Shown: positions 22,549 to 33,410 of the stretch, in pieces | Numbering within the stretch: position 1 is the first letter of the stretch | Layout of the letters: each line of letters begins with the position of its first letter | From: Sphyrna mokarran | Taxonomy: Eukaryota | Assembly: GCA_024679065.1 (NCBI GenBank) | Contig: JAGIQG010000007.1 | Location: 37,820,001 to 37,884,000 of the forward strand | DNA: 64,000 nucleotides | Direction: 5' to 3' | Translations under genes and position numbers: made by a program | Notes under the pieces: generated by a model | What the model saw: only the letters and a program-made list of their open reading frames with translations | The model's database searches: none | What the model was told of the DNA's origin: nothing

Positions 22549-25500
22549 GTAAGCAATGAAATTTAATATACAACATTACTTAGACCTCAAGTGCATTGAT
22601 TTGTTTGGTGCTAAGTCACGTGTATCAGAAGGACCTTGGTTCAATCCCATGTTTGTGCTTAGTCAATTATTCCTAGCAAGAACGTCAATTAGAGTTGCAA
22701 TTATATTAGGAAAGGAAGTAGCCAAAGTTCCACCTCTAATGATTATCCTGTGACTCGTAAGAAGTTTGGAAGCGATTAGAACTCGCCTGCAATATTTCCG
22801 CAGTTGATTTTGCCCAAAGGATGAAGAATGGTCACTTGAGCAACCTAACCCAGTGCAATCAATATCCTGAGAACTGTACCCTAGCAAGGAATGCTTGCTT
22901 TTTGGAAAGTAGTTCGAAATGTTTGGAGGGAATTAGAAATCGAGATATTAGCTGAGATAATATCACAAAGGTTCCTTGGTTTTAGTGGAAATGTAGTGCA
23001 GGGAATAAAGAATGTGAAATGCAACAGACCCGGGTTGAAACAGTGTTCCGTTTGTTTTCATTCATATAAAGAAAATTCTATAAATGTCTATATTTTTAAT
23101 GCAAAGTTGATGATGACATTGACGATGATGATGAAGAAAATTACAACATAAGAACAGGCTCTTCAGCCCTCCAAGCCTGCCCGACTTAACTAAAACCTCC
23201 TACCTTTTCAGGGACCATATCCCTCTATTTCCATCCTACGCATGTATTTGTCAAGACATCCCTTAAAAGTCACTACCGTATCTGCTTCTGCTTCCACCCA
23301 CCCCTCCAAAACAAATTCCAGGCACCCCCTACTATGTAAAAAAAAAAAAATTGCCTCGTACATCTCTAACTCATTTAATACTTTACCCATTTCCTCTGGC
23401 TCCATGCATAGATGCATGTATTCATGCATAGGTACCCTCCCTTGCCAACCCTCTCCCTGGCTACCCTCTTGCTATTTATGTATGTTCAAATCTTTTCTAG
23501 TGAACTCACTCTTACTGTAAGCTGTGGTATGCTGGCTTTTTAAAACTAATTCATGGACATGTGTGTCACTGGCAAGGCAAGCAATTACTGTTCATCCCTA
23601 AGAGTATGGCTTCCTAGGTGTTGCAAAGCACAAGAGTCAAAATCATTGCTGGTTGAGTCTGGAATCACATGGAGAGTGGCCAGAATCTTTCTTAAAAGAC
23701 ATTAGTGAGACATATGGGTTTTTACAACAATGTAGTAGTTCCTATGATCACAATTACCAAGACTAACTTTTAACTCTAGAAATTATGTAATTAGCTGAAT
23801 TTGCCTTTCTTAGCTATCATGGTGGAATTTAACTTGTTTCTCCAGCTCACCATTCCATGCCTCTGGATTACTAGTCCGGTGATATAAACACCATGGCTCT
23901 GGTGGCGATGAACCAGGAATCCAAAGATCATGAGTTCAAATCCCACCATGGCAGTTATGGGATTGCATTTGATTCTAAATCTTATCATTTGTAATCTGGC
24001 ATCAGAAAATTGATTTAAAAACTAGCAGATTATTATAACAACCAGACTTCTTTGATAGCGTCCTGAAAGGAAGGAAACCTTCCATCTCTGTCCTTGTAGG
24101 TCTGATTTGCATGTGACTTTTGGCACGTAAGATGGTTGACTCTATGGGCCTTAGGAAGCATTACTTCCCGGCAAGAGATGTGACAGCATCTCCAATACCA
24201 TAGAAATAAAATAAATAAAAGAAAATAAAGCTCCTTGTATCATGCATAAATAAAATAATTTCTGACATCACACTTATTAGCTAATTGTAATACATAAGTT
24301 AGGGAACGGTGAGGGCAGGGGAGTGGTGGTGCAGGGGCTGATGGTTAGTCTGGTACTTTACTGAACACCTAAGTTCCCTTGCTTTTGAGTATGTACACAA
24401 AATTACATACTCTGTATTCTGTTAAAAGGTAATCTTCTGAGTGTCATTTATAAAACTGCTGGAATTTTGATCTTGTATATTTTATCGTGCTTTCAGCCTT
24501 CCGTATTGTTCTCCCTCTTACTTCCCTCTATACCCCGATAACACAGTGCAACGTTTTATAGACCAACTGATTTAGTGATGAAAGCCTTTTATGTTGCAAC
24601 TTTAAATTACTTGCTGAGGGCAAGTGTAACATGAGGCAAGCTGTCATTTTTGAAAAAATGATGATTTATGATCACTACTCATATGCAGAGGAAAGCTGCT
24701 CTGCTTTCTGACAGGATCCAATCAAGGGGAAAGAAACCATTTTTACTAAACTCTGGTTGGGCTTTCTGGGTTCAATGACTTGTTCCTGTAAACTGCAGTG
24801 GAAGAAAACAAAATGTTGTACTACATGAGAGAGTAGGGAGGGGTTTCTCATTTGTGATCCAGATGTGGAAGCCATATTTAAAGAAAAGGATGGTAAGGAT
24901 TCCACTATTGGAAAAACAAACTAAAATGATCTGACATTTTGCAAGCATTTCAACATGAAATACAGATGAGAAAGCAAACCGTTGTTAGAAGGATTGTAGT
25001 CCTCCATTGTGGAGCACCCACTTCCTTGGCTTCCAATAAGTAATTGAGCTAAACAATGGGGTAACTAATGTAAACTCTTTTTGTCAAAACAGTCATTGTT
25101 CTGGTTTCTGTTTAGTTTAGTCTGAGTTGAATTAGGCTTCTTGTAAAGGTAACCTTTACAAATCTACAGCAGAATTGGTTGATCTGACTTTGTTTTTAAT
25201 GGTGCGCTACAGCCAATAAATAGACAGGGTTGTGTCACTTAGCATATTTAGAGTGGGTTTAGTTGGCAAATGAACATAAAGTATAAAAACTGGAATGATC
25301 CTCCATGCAGAGTGGTCTGCAGTGGGGTCAAATGGGCCGAGTGAGAAATAAATCAGCCATAGTTTATCTTCCTCATTATTATAAAGTGACTGATCCCTGC
25401 TGGTACATGCAGGACAAATGGAGCATAGCTCTGATGTCATCTGCAGTCACATGGCCTATTAATACTGGTGACTAGACACATTAATTATTGCCATGAGAAC

Positions 25501-28500
25501 AAAGTATTAAAAAAAACTGCCAGTGTGTGGTACAGTGCTCAGTAGGACTTAACCTCCCAAGGGAGTAATGAAAAGATTAGTGGAAGAGGCCATATGCTTG
25601 TGATGCAGTTGGCATCACAACATGCTGTGCCAAGAAATAATGGTTACCTGGTCATGCAGTCAGCAGTTTCAGAACATGAACTCAGCATTGCTGAACCACA
25701 GGAAGGGAAGGGAACCAGTGGTTGTTGTGGTATGCCACTTTGCAGCCAGAGGCAAAGCACATCTGACAAATGTCACTGATAAAGAGTGACAATTGCTCAT
25801 TTTGGTTTTAAGACATGAACTGTTAAGATGAGTGTATCTTTGTTAAGATCTTTTTTGCTAAGATCTTTGTACCTTTGTTAAGATAAGTGTATCTCTGCCC
25901 GTTGAAGTGGTGGAGACTATCTCACTGAATATATTTAAGTCATGGGTAGATAGATTTCTGACAGACATGGGAATTAAGGGTTATGGGGAGAAAACGGGAA
26001 GGTGGAACTGATCCACTTCAGATCAGCCATAATCTTTTTGAATAGAGAAATTGTTTTCTTTTGTGAAGAAAAATCAAGACTGAAGATGCATAACCTTGCT
26101 AAGCCTTCTGGGAGAGAAAACAGATTCAGACTGCTAACTCTTTTTGAAATTAGGAAAATGCTCAAAGTGCTGGATAGCCTACTCCTGGTCCTATTTCTTA
26201 TGTTCTTATGTTTTAAAACGATAAACATGCAGCTGGTCTTTGTAATTTGCAATATTTCTTTGTAGTTTATTTTTAAGTTTTGGAATGCTCTACCTGGAAC
26301 TACAGTCATGATTCATGGACTGTGACCTGTACTTCTAAACCCTTCAAATATTTGAAGAGAGTCTGCTGCTATGTACTATGCTTCATCTGTTCTTAACTTT
26401 AAAACACTTATTATATTGTCCCATAATCTGCAATAATGACCAGATAGTCCAGTTCTAGTGATGACCACTGAGACATAAATACTGGCCATGACACAGGAAG
26501 AAATCCTGGATATGTTCAAGAATGGGCTTGAAACTATAACCTTCTGACTCAGAAGTATTTGTGACTTTGTAGGCCATGGCTAACGATGTCATGTTAGGAG
26601 ACTGGGGAACCTGAACTGTACTCCAGTGACATGAGCATATTGCCTTTGCTGACAATTCAGTGCCATACTAAAGAAATGCTGCACAGTCAGTGCTGCTGTC
26701 TTGGGTGAACCACTAAGTGGGAAGCTCCATTCTTCTTGGGTGGACGTAGAGCTGTTTCAAAGAACAGCAAGGAACCAAGGGACCTAAATCGATTAGTGAG
26801 CTCCTCACGTCTGCTGTGCTGTTTAATTAGATCACAACCGTAAAAACTTGCACTTCTAAAGTGCCTTTAAGGTAACACGTTTCATGCAATTACTACCTGA
26901 GGTATTTTATGAATGTTAGTAATCAAAAATCTAGTTTTGAGCCACAGAAGGAAACATCAGGACAGGGGTCCAAATGTTTGTTTCATAAAAGTTGGTTTTA
27001 TGGAAAGCTCTAAAGGAAGAGTGATAAATAAAGAAACAGAGGCATAGGAAAAGATTTCCAGAGCCTAGAATATCTTTAGGCAGCCCAAGGTTTCAAGTGG
27101 TGGAGTGATTTTAAAATTGGGGATGCACATCAGACTAAACTTAGAGGAGCACAGTGATCTCAAAGCCTTCTCAGTCTGGGGAAGGATATAGTGATAAAGA
27201 AGTGTGAAGCCATAGAGGAATTTGAAAATAAAGATGTGAATCATTATTTGTACCTCAATTCCATTTACTCATGATTGCTCAAATTATATGTGCATGTTCC
27301 TAATTTCAAAAAGACCTATCGGTCTGAATTTGTTTTTTCTCCCAAAAGGCATAGCAAGGTTTATCTATCTTCAGTCTTGACTTTTCTTCACAAAAGAAAA
27401 TAGTTTCTCTATATCTATCCTATTGAATCCTTTTAACATTTTAAATGCTTCAGTAAAATCAATGAAAGTTTGCATTTATATAACATCTTTAATATATTAA
27501 AATGATCCACTTTTTTGTATTTGGGCACACAGGCCACATTATACAACCTGCTCTCATGATTTAACCCTCCAAGCTCTAATATTATTTCAGTGAACCTACA
27601 CTGTACCCACTCTCAAGACTAGTTGATCTAAAAAGAAGTATGGTGTCAAAAAGTGGGGATGATATTGAAAATGTGGCCTAAAGAACAAGTTCTTCCCCTT
27701 CATAACTGTTGAGAAGGAAACTATTATTCCATGTGTCTTTTTAATTATTTTTATATCTGCCTACAAACTTTATTGTTAAATTTAGGAGCCAAATCCCTTT
27801 TGCTGTCCAGTTCCTGACTTTTCGTAGAATATATTCCTGCATATCAATCTTGGTTTCCAATGAATGACCTCTCATTTATCCACATTGAATCTGTTTAACT
27901 ATAGTTGACTCACTTAATCTGTCCTATCTGCTATACTTTCCCTTTTAATTTAATACCATATTGGATATACAAGTTTCAACTAATTAATTTAATTCATAGA
28001 ATTATAGAAGCATATAGAGCTGAATTAGGCCATTTGGCCCATAAGTCTGCACTGACCACAATCCCACTCAGGCCCTACACTCATAACCTCATGCATTTAC
28101 CCTAGCTGGTCCCCTGACACTAAGGGACAATTTAACATATTCTATCCATCTAACCCACACATCTTTAAATAACATATGGTGAAAACGTTATAGTGTGAAA
28201 CACAACACTCGGCACATCTTTCTGATCCGAGTATGTAGCCTTTATCCCCACTGCCTTTCCTATGACCAAACAATTTCCAACCCAAAATAAAAGGCTGCCT
28301 GCAATTCTCTGAGCTCTGATGAAAGATCATCCAGATTTGCAATGTTAGCTTTATTTTTGCTGCTCAGAAGCTGTCAGACCTTTTCTAGCATTTTCTGTTT
28401 TTGCCTCTAATTCTATGTGTTTTCACTTTTGCCAAGAACATTTTGTGTGGAACCTTATTCCACCTGGATAATGACTATAATATTCTGTTGTTGCCTGTAT

Positions 28501-29034
28501 TGGTGCCCTCTTTTTTTTAAAGAAATGGATTAGCCAAGCTTGACTGGCTGTCTCCGATTAGTTTGTATTTCCTCAATTGCCTAGTCGCTCTTATCTTTAA
28601 TGATAGATTCACTTCTTTGGTGTCTACACCACAGTTATCCCTCAACCAACATTAATGATCAGAGCATCTGGATTAAATGTAATTCATATTTGTTGGACCT
28701 TGCTGTCTGTAAATTGGCTGCTGCATTCCCTTCACACAAGTGGTTACATTTCAAAAGTATTGACTTAACTGCAAAATGCTTCAGGATATTTTAATGTTGT
28801 GAAGATGTCATACAAATGCCAGTTCTTTTTGAAATATGTGCTGGTTACTTGGGATTTCATCCATAATCAAAGACACTTAAATTTTTTCTACCACAGATAT
28901 TAAACTAACCAGTCGATTAGCTACCTGGATTAATCAAGTCTTTTTTCAAGAACCCACACATAATAAATTTTTGACATATAATTTTAGTGCCTTGATCTTT
29001 TTTTCTTCTCTCTCTCTCTCACCCCTGGATTTGA

Positions 29035-29256
29035 TGTTAGGTGTGGAGATGCCAGAGTTGGACAGTAAGAAGTCTCACAACATCAGGTTAAAGTCCAATA
29101 GGTTTATTTGGTAGTAAACACCACATGCTTTCAGGACTCTTCCCCTTCGTGAGAACTCTCCACTCACTGACGAAGGAGGAGAGCCCTGAAAGCTTGTGGC
29201 GTTTATTACCAAATAAACCTGTTGGACTTTAACCTGCTGTTGTGAGATTTCTTATT
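29035..29256. mobile_element. Palindromic Penelope-type element (arms about 88 bp) with a hammerhead-like core
   Basis: 29064-29149 is the reverse complement of 29170-29256; CTGACGA at 29167 and GAAAGCTT at 29188. Confidence 0.7.
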
Positions 29257-30077
29257 GATGAGGTGCAGGAAGCCTTCCCTCATTCCACACAAAGTTTTTA
29301 ATTGATTCAGTTAGTACAATTTCCGTGATATCAAACAACATGGAGATGCTGATGTGCAGTTATGTTCTGAAATGCTGTTTTCTGTATGCTTTACACAAAA
29401 TGTACAAATAAATTCTATGCAGAAGGGGTCGAAATGTTCCCTCTAGGCTGGTGAGTTGCAAGCAACTTGAAAATTCCTGCGGAGGTCATCTACAAATAGC
29501 TCCTTTAAGTTACCGTGCATGTGCAGCCATGCAAAAATCTTTATAGGGAATTGTGCAATTTAGTCCTGAAAAGGCTGGATGCAAAATTTTCCCCAGTGCA
29601 AAATTATTAATCTGCATTTTTCCCCTCTGCTCTTGAGGATGTATAAGACTATGTTTTGGGAATGCAGTTCCATAGATGTTGGTTGCTGTTTGGTAGCTCG
29701 AGTGACTAAGTGTGGGAGACAATTGCAGACAAAGCAAAACCCCCCACCATCTTCCGCTGGGGTCCAATGATTAAAGCATTCTGTTGATCACTTCCTCAGT
29801 TCAGGTACTGAAACCAATCATTGCAACTATATGGCACTCAAACTGAAACTAGAGACTAGCTACTGACTAAGGATTGAACCTAGGCTTTACTACTCTGTGA
29901 CTTAATGCTACAGTAATAACTGCCTCCATTACATGGGTATTATGTTTATATTTTTATAATTATGTAAGTATTCCCCCACATACAGATAAGATAGCAAAAA
30001 TTGAAATGCAGAATACATTTGTGTTTTGTGAGTTAATAACTTTGATGTATTTAGCTGTTATTTTTCCTTGCCTATAG

Positions 30078-32828
30078 AAGAATTTGGTGCGCCATTCATC
30101 AGCCCGAATCAAGTTCAGACATCTTTTCACCCTGTAGACCGTTGTGACCCAACTTTGAGTAATGATGGCTTAATGGATGATCATTTGCTAATTTCAGAAA
30201 TGACGAAAACCACTGTTGCAGTTGATGCTTTACTGCAAACACCAACAAAATCCTCACCAAGCGCCCCCCAACTGGAGAACTTGGCCTGTGATGCAGGAAT
30301 TCCTGCGTCCACTGAACCAGTCCCACCAGCCTGCGGGAACTTTAACTTGTCAGTGGGCGACATGGAACTTGCTCACAACATCACAAGCGCCAAGAGTGTT
30401 GCTGTCCCACTTACAGAACGAGCCCCTAGGAAAGGTAAGCTTGCAGAGGAGGTTAAGGAAATTGCACACTCGATAGAAGCACCTGCAGCAAAAGTGGCTG
30501 TGGAGAAGAAAAAGAAAAAGAAAAAACGTTCACATCCAAAAGGAGCCCAACTTCCTGCAGTGGATATACAGACTAAAGTTAAAGAGGTTCGAGCAATTGT
30601 TTCTGACCAACAACGAGAAGGGCTGCCTGAAGGAGGGACGTGGGAGCGCAAGGAAAGTATCTTGAACACTGAGGGGGCAAGTAAGGAAGCATCAGGAGTG
30701 CAAATAAAAGCACAGCAGGTGGATAGCACACCAAGTCAAAGTAGTGTTTGGGCACCTGGAATTTCAGAGAATGAAATAGCACATCCTCCACTGCACGAAA
30801 ATAAAGCTTCTTTAATGAACCAATCAGAGGTTGTTGTGGGAAGCCAGACAAAAGAGGCACCTCATGCAGACAGCCTGTCACAGATGGAGACAATCTCAAA
30901 ATTGGAACAGATAGAGAATCCTCTGGATTGTTGGACCAGAGAAATTACCACTTCAGAGTCCCTCCAAACATCTAAGTCGGGAGAAATAATGGAGCCCCCT
31001 CTAGAACAATGGGGTGGCAAAATTACTCCTAAGTCACAGAAGAAATCTCAAATAAATAAGGTAGCTCCTCTGATTTCTCTGGAAAATGAGGGTAAAGAAT
31101 ATACTCCCCCTGAGTCAGAGGAAGTACCTAGAATGGAGATGAAAGGGTCTTTTCTGGAACATTTAGGTAGAGAATCTGCTTCTGGTTCAAAGCAGGTATC
31201 TGAGGTGAATGAAATGGAAGGATATTTGGGTAGAGAAATTGCTGCCCCTGGATCACAGACACTTTTTGAGGCAAAAGAGGTAGGACAGACCCCTCTGAAA
31301 CATGGAGGTGGAAAAAATCCTTCCTCTGAGTTGCTGAAAACATTTGAGATAAAAGAAATGGCAGAGACCCTTACAGAAAATGTAGGTAAAGAAACTTCAC
31401 CCTATGAAGCAGAGAAAGTACTGGAGGTGAAGGACATAGATAAACTTTCTCCAGAACATATGGATAGACAAACTACTCTCCATCAATCAGGACAAATGTC
31501 TGATGTGGAGGAGATGATAGAGGTCCCTCTAAAACTTGTGGATAGTAAAGGTCCTCCCTCTGAATCAAACCAAATACCTAAGGTAAAGGAAATAGCACAG
31601 ATTCCCCTGGATCATGTGAATAGTGTAACAGGTTCACTTGGATCAGAGCAAATATCTGAGATGAAAGTTTTGGCAGAGACCCCTCTGGAGCAAATGAGTA
31701 CAAAAACCACTTCCCCTGAGTTAGACATTTTTGAAGTGAAAAGGATAATTGATACTCCTGGAGAGCATTGCTGTAGCAAAATTGCCACCATTGAAGAACA
31801 GATGTCGGAGGTAGAAGTTTTGGGTGAGAGTCCGCTCTGTTGGAACAGAGAATCTGTGCCCCCTGAGTCAGAACAACAGCCTGAGATAAAGGGGATGATG
31901 GAGAGCCCCCTGGAATGTTGGAATACAGAAGTTTCTTCTACTGACCCACAAATGTCTGAGTTGAATGAGATGGTGGGGAGTCCTTCAGAATGTCAGAACA
32001 GAGAAATATCCCCTACTGAATCACAGCAAATGCCTGAGCTGAGTGAAGTGGAGAGTCTGTTTGAATATCGGAATGTGGAAACTATTCCCCCTGAGCCACA
32101 GCAAGCATCTGAGGTAAAGGAGATGGTGGATAGTACTCTGGAATGTCAGAATGTGGAAACTGTTCCCCTTGAGTCACAGCAAACATCTGAGGTGAAAGAG
32201 ATAGTGGACAGTACTCTGGAATGTCAGAACATGGAGACAGTTCTCCTTGAATCGCAGCAAACACCTGAGGTGAAGGAGATGGTGGAGAGCACTCTGGAAC
32301 ATTCCAATGTGGAAAATGTTCCACCTGAATTGCAGAAAACTCTTGAGCTGAATGAGATGGTGGAGAGTTCTTCTGAATGTCAGAATGTGGAAACTATTGT
32401 TTCTGAGTCACAGCAAACATCTGAGGTGAAGGAGATGGTGGAGAGTATTCTGGAATGTCAAGATGAACTCATTTTTCCAGAGTGCGTTGACCAAGTCACT
32501 CAACCTTTTCTGAAACATGAAGTACCGAAACTGTTGGACAATGAGGGAATAGACTCGAAGACACCCCTGAGGAAAGATACTGGAACAAAAGTCCTCCAAA
32601 AACGAGGATTCACTAAAGGTACTTCACAAAGAGAGGCTGGAACAAAAATGTCTTCCGAACAGCACCCTAAAGACAAGGCCCTAAAGACCTCAATGCAACC
32701 AAAGGTTATGAAGACCCCAAACCAACGACAGAGAGATGCTAAACCTCTTGAACCAGAGAAGATTGGTGGAGTAAATGCACTGTCTGATCAACAGGGAAAT
32801 GTGGATGAGATTCCTCGTCAAGATGAAG
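30078..32828 (+). CDS. MAP4: Giant 2751-nt symmetric (phase 1-1) coding exon, acidic low-complexity projection domain; likely equivalent of the large muscle-type MAP4 cassette exon
   Basis: 925-codon ORF; acceptor tttttccttgcctatag|AA and donor GATGAAG|gtgtgt; the KKKKKKKRSHPK motif resembles the poly-Lys motif I recall in the mammalian large MAP4 exon; lies upstream of the alternative first exon. Confidence 0.85.
30895..32465 (+). repeat. Coding tandem repeat, about 21 units of 26 aa / 78 nt (consensus about ETVPPESQQTSEVKEMVESTLECQNV)
   Basis: Equivalent positions recur at 32141, 32219, 32297, 32375 and 32453 (period 78); the units become more degenerate toward the 5' end. Confidence 0.9.
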
Positions 32829-32929
32829 GTGTGTTCCACCAATGATAAGAGTGCTAAACCACTACCCCTCCACCCACCCCCTCACTGCTTCAACTTACAT
32901 AATCCTGGCTCAGGAATTTGAACTGACTG

Positions 32930-33410
32930 GATTGGCACAGCATGATGTCTGCCTTTTGGTTCACTAAAGCATCCATCATTTTGCATGCACAATTTCTCTA
33001 GAATGTATAACTAATCTGTTGCTTACTAACCACAAGATTCTATTGGCTGAAACTAGCAGCTTGTGCCTTCTGAATATCTTTCTAACCCACTGCATGGCAG
33101 TTGGTTGGTTTTAAAAATTATAAACAGTTGGTGAGGTGGTGGTGTTAAATTCATTTTTTGTTGGAGAGAGAAGGAACAGAAGAGTAAGAAAGGTAAGTGC
33201 TAATGTTAAGTTGAATATTATGTACCTGAATATTGAAAACTAAAATTTTGTTTTCCAAAATGGAGAATCATCCAGAAAACTGGTATTTGTGAACACAATG
33301 CCACCGTGTGCCATGATGCAGGCACCTTTCCTTGATGGGGAGTTAAAATTTCTGACTAGCACATACTTGCAAATTTGCATGTATTAGTATAGTAATGTCT
33401 TGGCATGTGA
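32930..33410 (+). promoter_or_regulatory. Intronic splicing-regulatory cluster (RBFOX TGCATG and QKI ACTAAY motifs)
   Basis: TGCATG at 32982, 33091 and 33376; ACTAAT at 33010; TACTAAC at 33024; CTAAC at 33082; all in repeat-free sequence just after the giant exon. Confidence 0.65.

Noticed and set aside
25594-25779. Possible extra exon
   Set aside because: No convincing splice acceptor or donor.
31800-32465. CRISPR-like periodicity
   Set aside because: This is a eukaryotic in-frame coding tandem repeat without unique spacers.
32829-32845. The 925-aa ORF as a stand-alone single-exon gene or truncated isoform
   Set aside because: It starts at TTG inside an acceptor tract, ends just past a donor site, and has no nearby AATAAA; it is better explained as an internal exon.
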